Shown one piece after another: positions 1 to 11,000 of a stretch of DNA of 64,000 bases; position 1 is the stretch's first letter, and the number at the start of each line of letters is the position of its first letter. Both the position numbers and the translations under genes were made by a program. Source of the DNA: Leptogorgia sarmentosa (Eukaryota); NCBI GenBank assembly GCA_964658305.1, contig OZ210884.1, forward strand, positions 7,874,001 to 7,938,000, read 5' to 3'. The notes beneath the pieces were generated by a model. That model was not told where the DNA came from. It was given only the letters and a program-made list of their open reading frames with translations, and made no database searches.

Positions 1-741
1 GCACTCAACTTTAATGCATGGTTGTTCAATTTTTAGGACTACAAACAACAACCTCGTATAAGCTAGCTGTTTATCACGCTTGGAAAACTCTGTCATATAG
101 ACAATTATTTTTTATTCTAGCAGGAACTTATTGAGTTGAATGAAAATCAGAATAGGGCACACACGCAATCACAGCACGTTTTTTGTCTAATGTTTTTTGG
201 AAATAATTATTACACATAGATAATTTGTGTGGTTTACTCATGCATTGAGAGCTTTAGTATGACACAACTTATTCAATAACACAATTATTAACTAATACTT
301 AAGTTTGATCTCGACTCTGGTCTCCGCTCGATTTTCGATTCGTTTTGTTCAACTGTACAGGGTGTCCCAAAAAATTGGATGCCGTCACTACTGAGATTAA
401 CTAACCTAGTGGCTACAGAGATTTTTGATAAGATCACATTTTTTTTGTCTTTGCTTACACTCAAATAATATGTCGACAAGAGTGCTTTGCTTTGATGAAC
501 GTGAATGAAAACTCGGTTTTCTAACGCTAGCTAAATTTTGGGGGCGAAACTACAGCGTTGTTTTTTTTCAAAACGGAAATCCGTCATGAAGCACATGAAC
601 AGAATACATGAATATACACACACAATTAATGTTCTAATTTCGCCCCTGCAGAATAATGTTACTGTTAAGTATTGGGATGATGAAGTTTAATTGTTTTAAG
701 GCTACAGCAGCTGCCAAATGAACTATTAAAATCACAATGAT

Positions 742-978
742 CAGTGGCGCAGCGCGGCCACTGCCTCAGGGGGGGGAGTTAGATGTAGACTTCACATTTT
801 ACCAACAAATAAAATTTTTCTTGTCAATTTCCGAACCGGTTTTAATAAATATGCCGACTAAACACCTTTTTCCTTGTTTTACCGACGGTTTTTCTTTGCA
901 TATTTTCAGGTTTACCGACGAATCTCCCAAATCGGGAAGGGTGTCGCACCCCCACACCCCCCATTCGTTACGCCCTTG
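742..978. mobile_element. MITE-like element, possibly hAT-type
   Basis: Imperfect terminal inverted repeats (cagtggcg...cgcccttg) with G-run/C-run subterminal arms. Flanks acaatgat/acaaagaa resemble a degraded 8-bp TSD. Confidence 0.45.
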
Positions 979-1527
979 ACAAAGAAGGGACATGTAGATC
1001 AAGACTAGTTAATATGCAGAAAGAGGAAACCTGCTCTGAACAGCTGCAACAGTATTCAATGCCGGCACTGATCAAAAACAAATTTGAAGAACATAATGAC
1101 TCATTTCCGTCTCAAACACCCAATCAGGTTAACTCATTATCACTTTGATGATAGCGCTGACGGAGTCAAAGTACGGCCCTCGTTTGATTTTTTTGCCATA
1201 TATTATATAAAGCCAAAAAGGTATATCTCAGGTTCAATTTACCTCTAATTTCCGCTACGTTTTTGCAAAATCTGCCCAACGACGATTTAAAATGAACTGA
1301 ACAAAAAAACACATGGAAACAACAGGTTTGACACCACTTTTAACCTAGTTGATTGTTAGTTGACTTTAATTAACATTGCAGTTTTATACTTTAATCAATA
1401 TGACTAATATCTTATAATATAGCTACATATATTTCATGTATATATAGACTTCCAAAGGTGCAAAGGCTGGAAACATATTTGAAAAGAGGTTTGGAATAAA
1501 TTCATTCAGTCATATGGTTCATCCACC

Positions 1528-2451
1528 ATGAATGAAAGTGAGAAATTAGGAAATGTTTTAACGACGTGCTACATCATTAACAAGAAGACAGATCATGTCA
1601 CTGGATTTTCGTCCAAGAAGTATGAAATCAACCGAATATCCAATATCGCTTTTCTTGGTGTTCTAACGGTTTCAACGATTCTTCTCAATGCAGTTGCAAT
1701 AATAACCATCCAAAAAGCTCCCAAGTTGAAAGATAAGCTTTGTTTTTTCGTTATTCTCATCCAGTCAGTCGTTGATTTAGGAGTTGGATGCATCGTCATA
1801 CCGACAGTAAGCGTCTTCTTACTTCAACCATTTATAAACATTCACGACGTTTGTATTTCAATTCTCTTAGCAAGATCAACAGCAATACTCCCTGGTTTAT
1901 CGATAGTCACATTATCAGCTTTGACTATGGAGAGATATCTCAGTGTGCTTCATCCCTGTTTCCACCGTACACGTCTGAAAAAGAAAAGAATTGTCATTTT
2001 CGTCGTTGGGGCAGCTTTGGCGTTGTTGTCGTTAGTTGCTGCTTCAATTTTTGTTGAAGGTGAAATAATCAAGTACATTTCAATATTGATACTTGCAACA
2101 TTTTTAATTTTCGTCGTCTTCGCTTACACTCGAATATATCTCGTGATCCGAAAGATAACCCGAGTCCGTACAGATGACGAAGCAGGCGAAGGAAATCGAA
2201 AACATTTATCCCGTGAAAGAAAACATGCTCTAGCTTGCTTCATTGTCGTGGCTTTTTTCGTTTTGTTCCTAATTCCGTACATGCTGATTCCAATTTTTAA
2301 GCAATTCGAAAGAATGACTTCTAATACATATAACTGGTGGTCAGTGTCATTACTACTCTCAATCTCCTCCGTAAATTCGGCTATATTTTTTTGGAAGAAT
2401 ACCGTTTTGAGAAACGAAGCCAAGAAAGTCGTAAAAAACATGTTTGAATGA
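1528..2451 (+). CDS. Intronless rhodopsin-like (class A) GPCR, 307 aa
   Basis: Seven hydrophobic segments. TM1 LN, TM2 QSVVDL, TM3-end ERY motif, basic ICL3 (RERKHA), TM6 Pro (LIPY), TM7 NSAIFFW, then helix 8. Confidence 0.9.
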   Translation: MNESEKLGNVLTTCYIINKKTDHVTGFSSKKYEINRISNIAFLGVLTVSTILLNAVAIITIQKAPKLKDKLCFFVILIQSVVDLGVGCIVIPTVSVFLLQPFINIHDVCISILLARSTAILPGLSIVTLSALTMERYLSVLHPCFHRTRLKKKRIVIFVVGAALALLSLVAASIFVEGEIIKYISILILATFLIFVVFAYTRIYLVIRKITRVRTDDEAGEGNRKHLSRERKHALACFIVVAFFVLFLIPYMLIPIFKQFERMTSNTYNWWSVSLLLSISSVNSAIFFWKNTVLRNEAKKVVKNMFE

Positions 2452-3041
2452 CTTACAAAATTTATAACAAATCAAACCTGCAAATTCAGTCTACATGCAG
2501 CAGGTGTGTTGTATATTCGATACAAACTAAACACCTTTTCGATGAAATAAGGAAATGGAAACAGTGAGAAACAGTGAAACTGACTTATAGTATTTCCTAT
2601 GCCAAAGACAAATTTGGGAAGAGATGCTTTAATAATAATGGGGACACACACTGTGAGATAATCGTCCCCAGGACTGGAGCAAAATTCACTAATTATTGTA
2701 AGCTCTTGCAAAACAATTTGAAACGAGGAACTGGTTGAATCGGACTCATAAAATATTGTGTGTAGTTGATGTTCTATTTCTGGATATTCTATGTAATACT
2801 ATAATTCTAAATAGTTTCAAATGAAAATCTGATTGTAATGTTAAGTTGTTGAGACTAGCCTAATAAATAGAGTTTGTGCGTGTTCATTTATATATCTATA
2901 TATCCTGCTATAAATATATGCATGAATCTGCCGATAAAATATGGCCGTGTGACCTCCAAACGAGTACGAGTTTCATACTATATGTTTATTGTATCTGTGA
3001 TAGAAGTCCTTCGCTTTGATTGACCTTAAGAAACACGTATT

Positions 3042-3720
3042 TTGGCGCTAAATTTATTGAGGATTAAGAAAAAACTTTGCAAATGAGTTTGTTTATAATG
3101 GATGTGTTTGTTTCAAGCTTTGAGTGCATGGCTACAGCAGCTGTCAAGTGAAGAATAACAAAGTTTTTGCCAACGTGTGCATTTTTTATAAAAGTAATCA
3201 AGAACATCATATTTGTGAGAAAACAGTAGAACTATGTGACGTGCGTTCATTTTCATTTTCTGGATGAAGTTATAAATCCTTGGTTGCTCAACAGGAATGC
3301 GAAGCACAATTATTGAGCACAATATAAAAAAGAGAGATAGATAAAAGGGTATACACTCACTACCCAAGCTACCCAAACGATGGAAAAGAATTTGATCTTT
3401 TGCTCGAAACTTCGATTTCTGTTTTATATCGCATCTGGATAGTGAGCATTGAACTTTTCATCTATCCAGTAGCGTAATGAAATATAACCTGGGGCCGGTC
3501 CCACCTCCCCCATCGGTCTTCAAGGCCATACAAGTAAATAGTGGGAGGACGTGACTGAGTGAAATGCGATTATTTTACTACACATTGTATTTCATGTTTA
3601 TAAGATATTGCAAAAGTTGTACTTTATAGTTGGCCTAAATATTTCCGAGGGGAGTATACCTGAACTCCCTGGTTGTTTGTCGACTATTCGTACATCGCCA
3701 CCCCAGAATATTCACTGTTC
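3042..3720 (+). repeat. Segmental duplicate shared with 17692-18045
   Basis: 3042-3212 aligns by eye to 17692-17860, and 3556-3720 to 17876-18045, in the same orientation. Confidence 0.75.
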
Positions 3721-4196
3721 ACTCTTAGATTTTCACTTTACCTAGGACACGATCTGGGGACGTGATCCAGAACGCGTTCTTAACATTAACGGGACATTAG
3801 GCTACTTTTAGCAGATACTGTGAATGTGATGGATGACTGAATAAACTGCTGTCAAAATACGCCTCTGGCAGCCACCTTATCACTTGCGTGTCAAATCAAT
3901 GAGCACAACTGTTGTGGAAGAGTAGGGTACCTGCAGGAAATGATCGCAGTTAAAGGCCAATCCTAACCCACCCTGTAAACTACAAAGGCCCCCCATCAAC
4001 ATGCGCATAGGGCGTCCCACGAGGTTAATCTGGCCCTGCGCAGTGTAGTTTTTATAAAGAACTCGACCGTGCAGTATCCTTCAGTACGGACGGAACAAGA
4101 TCAGTCAATAAGCTATTTATGATACGGCAAAAGCAAAAACAGAAATTATTAAAATCACATGATCAATTTTTCTGCAGATGGAAAAGGACAACGTAA

Positions 4197-4660
4197 ATCA
4201 AGACTATAGTTAATATGCAGAAAGAAGAAACGTGATCTGTACATCTGCAACAATGCCGGCACTGATCAAAAACAAATTTGAAGAACATAATGATTCAATT
4301 CCGGCTCAAATACCCAATCAGGTTAACTCACTTTGATGATAGCGCTGATGAAGTCAAAGTACGGCCCTCGTTTGATTTTTTTGCCATATATTATATTTAT
4401 ATTAAGCAAAAAAAAGTAAATTTCAGCTTCAATTTGCCGCTAATTTCTACTTAATTATTAACAAGTTTTCAAAGGTGCAAAGGCTGGAAACATATTTGAA
4501 AAGAAATTTGGAATAAATTCATGTAGTCATATGATCATCCCCGATGAATGAAAGTGAGAAATTAGGAAATGTTTTAACGACGTGCTACATCATTAACAAG
4601 AAAACAGATCATGTCACTGGATATTCGTCCAAGATCGAAGTATGAAATCAACCGAATATT
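4197..4660 (+). pseudogene. Truncated duplicate of the GPCR upstream region and 5' CDS
   Basis: Closely matches 998-1640. ATG at 4544 gives the same MNESEKLGNVLTTCYIINKKTDHVTG start, then a 2-nt insertion (ccaagaTCgaagt); similarity ends at ~4660. Confidence 0.85.
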
Positions 4661-6209
4661 TAGTACAAGCGATCGTAATAATTAAAATTAGTCCCGTGCA
4701 TGGGGACTTTAAAACTTTAAAACACCATCCAACATGCCACATTCCGGAAGGAACATTCATTGTTGACAAATATTCATTTTGAAATTTACACTTGGACTCC
4801 AGTTTTTTTTATTCTCCCTGTACATACAACTGTTCAACACTTGAATTCAATCGTGTAGATGAATGCGAGTCTGATTGCCCAGTTTTATAAAGTTTGATAC
4901 GATTGTTATAAAGTTTGATACGATTCTTGACTATATAACAATGGGGCGGAGGAACTAGCTACTAGACACAGTGCATATACAATTTGTTGTAATTTAGGTT
5001 AAGGAAGAGAAAATGGACAGCTCAGCAGGTATGGAGAAGACTGAAAGAAGAAATTGACTCTTATCTATCGTCGAAGACTATATATGAATCTATTTTATTT
5101 AAATACATGTAATAGTTAAAGTTAATATTTTTACATGGTGAGACTGTGGTTGCTATTAAGGGAATACTGAATACTGTACATGCAATTGTTCACATATAGC
5201 CGGGCCTAGTAATGAACGTTTAAGACTACTTTTACCCCATTGATAGTTTTTTTAAAGTTAATACTCCAACTTATTGTGAAAAAAATATCGACCCGCAATT
5301 CTTCGTTTGCATGTGACGTCATAATCTGGCAATGGGCGCCATCTTGGTTGACACTGTGAAGTTTATTTCAGCTATTACAGAGAATAAATTCGCCTATTTC
5401 ACCATGATTTCTTGGTTGAAACTGGCAAGCATGCCCAGCAAATTATTGATCATCGAAAAGTGTCCTTGTCTAATGCTTGTTTTGTTGTGCACGTGTTTTG
5501 AAATGTCGACCAAGATGGCGGCCAATTGCAAGCGATCTATTCGGGCTTATTACCTCGTGTTTCGTTACCCAAGTTTGCGCTTTCTGATAGTTGTGCGAGC
5601 ACAAGCTACTTCACTCAATATGGTTTGTATGTAGGTTTCTGTGGCTAGTATCTTGATGTATATATTATGTATATAGAAGTCTTTACTTGAGACGAGAAAT
5701 TGAAATTTGAAAGTGTAGTCAATCAATCGGCAAAATCTTAGCTATATGTTTGATCTCTGATCTCTGATTCTACTAAAACAGAATCCCTCTGTCAACTGTC
5801 GCCTCATGGAAGCACAAAATATCACAAAGATCTCGAATCCCCAATACAACATATGCCCTTGGTCTAGAATTCACCACTTGGACGAAGGACAACACGTTAT
5901 TTCTGCACAATCACTCTCGTTTTCAAGTAGTAATTTGTTCAAGTATAACTATTGGTAGTTTTCTGTTTTCTATGTTGTCTATAGTATTTATTAAATTTAT
6001 TTTAGACCTTTGCTGTCTGACTTCTTTCAGGTCATCAGGATGGTTTTTATTAATTTCCAATGTCAATATTGAGCAGTGTCAAGTACTGAGAGGTTGAAAA
6101 CTCGATGGGGTCATATCCAATCGAAATATTACACTGACGTGTGCTTGCAGAGTTCAATATAATTCTGAAAACATGACATTACGCCAGACCAACCCGCGTT
6201 CTGGTCAAC

Positions 6210-6345
6210 GTAATGGACCGATTGCATAATAGACAAAATTTTTAAAAATCTCGAAATAGTACAATTCATAGTAACAGCGTTAATGAGCATCCCAAAATTA
6301 GTAGAAATGCAAAGTTTGGGAGCGAAATGTTGTAAAATGGGCAAG
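6210..6345 (+). repeat. Dispersed repeat fragment, second copy at ~15027-15170
   Basis: Shared gtaatggaccgattgcataataga...gcgaaatgttgtaaaat. Confidence 0.7.
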
Positions 6346-6413
6346 ATATGCCCCTAAAAAGTTTGCAAATTTCGTCCCCGAGCCACGGCGCGAAGCGCCG
6401 TCCGGGCTTTAGC

Positions 6414-7091
6414 CACTGAGCTATACTTAATATATCTGGAGATCAGGTCGTAATACCTCGCCGTACAAAATAGTGTCGCCAAAAACATGGCGGATTTTAG
6501 CCAAATTTACGTCATTATGACGTAGTAAGTCCCCTATTTCAGGGGACTAACCACTGACCAAATAAAATTGCCGAAAGTGAGCAGTTTTGAAATACTAAAT
6601 TATTATAAAATACTAAAATACCAGCTAACATCACGTCAAAGTTTTAAATTCAAAACAATATTTCGTTGAATTTTGTTGATTATCAACATGCCGCCGCGTT
6701 TTTGCTATGTTTACCGATGTCACAACTCCTTTGACAACAAAGAACTGTCGTCACACTGGTCCATCCCTGTCCTCTTTAATCAATCGCGTTCGGTATTTAT
6801 AGGCGCGGACATCAACAAATGCAACAATATATTTTTGAGATGTAAGAGAATTTTAATACTTTATCTCAATTCTTTGAAAAAATATCAAAACAGCACTGCA
6901 GTATATATATTTATATATAAAATCGTACAGTAAAATCCAGGGGGGATTGGGAACGGCGCCTGCACACAATTAAACTGTGGCCAGTAATTACCATCATGAG
7001 AATAGGGGACGTGTGACGTAAAATCCGCCATGTTTTTGGCGACACCTTTCAGTGGAGTGCCTGATCTCCAGATTAATAATATAGCTCAGTG
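6414..7091 (+). mobile_element. Non-autonomous DNA transposon (P-element-like) with 8-bp TSD and a residual THAP-like start
   Basis: Termini CACTGAGCTATA.../...TATAGCTCAGTG. Perfect TSD GCTTTAGC at 6406-6413 and 7092-7099. Subterminal IR gtgtcgccaaaaacatggcggatttta. Internal MPPRFCYVYRCHN...SSHWSIP resembles a THAP N-terminus. Confidence 0.8.
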
Positions 7092-8078
7092 GCTTTAGCC
7101 CAATGCGAGGGTAATAATTCCGGACGGCTATTTACACCCGGGTAAACGAGAGCATAGGGGAGACGAAACCTTTCATGTGTGTAGACCTCCATAGTTTGTA
7201 ATAACACAACTGACAGTATTAACATACTTATTAATATCCGATCATAAATATTAACAACATGCAACCAGTCAACATTAATTACCAAACGTGAATATAAATG
7301 TTTGTTGGATTTCTCGGTACAGTTCCCACCAGTTGTCAAAATTCAGGGAAGATTTTTCTTGTGGCGTACAGCAAATCTGTAAAATAGATACTTGTTCTGT
7401 TCATAAATTAAGTCAGTTTTGGACAAAACTGTGGATGGTGACACCAATTGTTCAAATCCGACACTGTTTGTTTTTTTGTGCACAGTAAAGGGTGTCCCAA
7501 AGAAGTACCCTCTATAGAATTTACTCTTTAAAGTAATCTTGACACTTCAGAAAACTTTACACATCGACTGTATTGCAATCATATTGCTTTACTTACAAGT
7601 ATCCAATTGTTAACGCCCAGAGGCAAATCGCGATAGCGGCACATATCAACAAGATTTTCCACCAACCATCTTGATTTATAAAAATTAGGAACAATTAGTT
7701 TGGAAAGTAAAAGGGATACAAAAATTAGGAGCTTTAATGTTCGTATAACCAGCGCAACATAAACGAAGCCTTCGTTTCAGCAATAAAAGCAAGATTTCAA
7801 ACCGGTAAATCTCGCTTTGGCGTACGCTCCAAAATCTTTTTATTTTCGGTTTAAACCATGAATTATAAATCCAACTAACTTTTTCAAATAGTCTCCCGAC
7901 TGAGAATTCTCAAAATTTGAAATTTATATTTTTGGAATTTGAGTTTTGAGCGCCAGATACCCGACATCAAGGGCGCCAATCCTGGGGGGGGGGGATGGGG
8001 GACGCGTCCCCCCACTTTTTGGAACGGATTGACGCCCTTGCCCGACATACAGAAAATCTTCGTCCTAATCAGACTCAC

Positions 8079-11000
8079 CGGTACCGTTTCGTATTTTAGT
8101 ACTGTTCTTGACAATACAACTTGTCCTTGAAGGAGACATTTCTGTGGCTATACCTTTATAATAATAGTCCAGAAACAGAAGTTTTAATGATGGGGGCATT
8201 GCTCCCCCAAGTCTCCCTCATCAACGGGCTTGCTTGCTTGGGAGAAATCGTGGGTGATCATCTTTGTCTAAACAAAGCCATCTTGCAAAAAATGGATGAT
8301 CACAGTACTTAATTTACAGGTACGTACTGCTTTTTTCTGTCGCTAGCTTGTTTACTGTGGTTGTAATAATGACAGGTGCAGTCCGTGTAAACATGCTGAC
8401 GGTACCTACAACATAAAATCATGCACTTGATCGCTATGTCGGTAATATCGGTAATGGTGTGTCACAGAAATACAACCACGTATCAAAAATACTCAAAGCA
8501 ATACAACGTCTTCGCGAGTCATTGCAGGACTTCTTTAAAAATCGAAATTTTACTGAGTTGTATTTTTCAGCTTTTCATATTGACCATGCTCGTTGTCTGC
8601 TCATAGCGAAGGTGAATTCGAACGAGTTCCCGTTCAAATAAATGAATAAGGAATATGATCACGCAGTTGCATTTTAGGGTATTTCGATGGGAAGAAGGAA
8701 AAGGCGAGGAATTGGATGCTGAACGAATGAAGACAAAAGTCATCTTATCTTCTCAGGGCGGGGGGTACCTTTAAATTATATAATTCCTAAATACATTCAG
8801 GTCGTCTAATTGGTTGATTATGGTCACGTGTTATCGAATAGAACGGAGAGTGCTTTCAGAGACTCCAACGCTTTTCACCCAGTGATCGCTGTTTATATAC
8901 ACCGCTTATTATTATAGTTTTTTTATAAACTGTTCTTTGAAAGCAATAGCATAATTTGGTATTATATTCGCCTCGTTGAATAGAACTTTCCATCTTCACC
9001 TCATGAAAATATTCTTACCATTGCACTCATAAGCATTCATTATTTGTATATCTGCTAGTAGAGAAATGTAAACAAAATGGCTGAAAGAGCGAAGCCGAAA
9101 TTCGACAAGTTTTCAACACTTAAAAAACAAAAATAATAAAATTCAAGAAGTTTAGTTGCAAATGTTAACTGTGCAGCTTTGAATCTGGAAAACCGGACTC
9201 GACGTCGTAAAATTCCTTCCTTGATTGACTTATTTGACTATAAGCGCATCTATATACGACTCGAGGTCGCAGAATAACTGTTAAATAAACAGGCTCTGAT
9301 TATAATAAGATGCAAGTTTAATCTGGCGTACATGTATGTATAGTTATTTTTTCTACTCCTCGTTACCAATTGATCAAACTCACCATTTTTTATGCTAGTA
9401 CTAGTGTTGTTGACAGTACAGAAATGTTAACTGTTCTTAACATTTCTGTCGTTATGCCTTTATAATATAACAGTTCAAAAACACACGTTTTAAAACGCTT
9501 ATCAAACTCGGCATAGCGGGGAAAACGCGGACATGCAGAATAGACTGGCCATCAAGCCCATAGCTCTTTCTCAATTTCTAACGAGGCACTGCAGAGAATT
9601 TAAGTGAAATTTTTGCGCTTTTTTCTTGCGAGTTTCCGATCGCGCAGCCATGAACACATGCAGTGCGCATTTCTTCTTGGACAGTGTTAAATTTGCCGCT
9701 TATTTTTTAAAATATTACAGTAGACATGACAACTGTTCAGTTTCATTAAACGACTTGACTAAAACGAAACAAAAAACGCGAAATCGCACAAGCATATATT
9801 CTTTAAAGAAAACCATTTGTCTGATACGTACTGCTGTTAACTGTCACAGATTGGTTTACGGAGGTTCCTGTGACGACAGGTGTAGTCCGTGTAAAAAGGC
9901 TCATGGTATCTACAACATAACATTCACATGATCGCTTAATATCCAGTTTGGAAGCCAGCCCAACATTTTCGGAAAAAATCCTAATCACACGTACTCAATT
10001 AACAGATACGTACTGCTTTTTACTATCACAGACTGGTTTACGGAGGTTCCTGTGACGACAGGTGTAGTCCGTGTAAAAAGGCTCATGGTACCTACAACAT
10101 AACATTCACATGATCGCTTAATATCCACTTGCGAAGCCAGCCCGACATTTTCGGAAAAATCCTAATCACACGTACTCAATTAACAGATACGTACTGCTTT
10201 TTACTATCACAGACTGGTTTACGGAGGTTCCTGTGATGACAGGTGTAGTCCGTGTAAAAAGGCTCATGGTACCTACAACATAACATTCACATGATCGCTT
10301 AATATCCACTTGCGAAGCCAGCCCGACATTTTCGGAAAAATCCTAATCACACGTACTCAATTAACAGATACGTACTGCTTTTTACTATCACAGACTGGTT
10401 TACGGAGGTTCCTGTGATGACAGGTGTAGTCCGTGTAAAAAGGCTCATGGTACCTACAACATAACATTCACATGATCGCTTAATATCCAGTTGCGAAGCC
10501 AGCCCGACATTTTCGGAAAAAATCCTAATCACACGTACTCAATTAACAGATACGTACTGCTTTTTACTATCACAGACTGGTTTACGGAGGTTCCTGTGAC
10601 GACAGGTGTAGTCCGTGTAAAAAGGCTCATGGTACCTACAACATAACATTCACATGATCGCTTAATATCCAGTTGCGAAGCCAGCCCGATATTTTTGGAA
10701 AAAATCCTAATCACACGTACTCAATTAACAGATACGTACTGCTTTTTACTATCACAGACTGGTTTACGGAGGTTCCTGTGACGACAGGTGTAGTCCGTGT
10801 AAAAAGGCTAATGGTACCTACAACATAACATTCACATGATCGCTTAATATCCAGTGGCGAAGCCAGCCCGACATTTTCGGAAAAAATCCTAATCACACTG
10901 ACGTACTCAATTAACAGATACACTGCTTTTTACTGTCACTGACTGGTTTGCGGAGGTTGTTATCACGACAAGTGTACTCCGTGTAAACATGCTGACGTTA

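Noticed and set aside
7180..7380. Possible transmembrane or terminal exon for the Ig-mucin gene
   Set aside because: The hydrophobic stretch ILISMLILSVVLL is not in frame with the clear acceptor at ~7377, which gives only a short DLLYATRKIFPEF*. The 3' end could not be fixed.
9803..10923. Four 61-70 aa minus-strand ORFs as separate small genes
   Set aside because: They use non-ATG or incidental starts and read through intron sequence; only the 78-nt exon part is supported.
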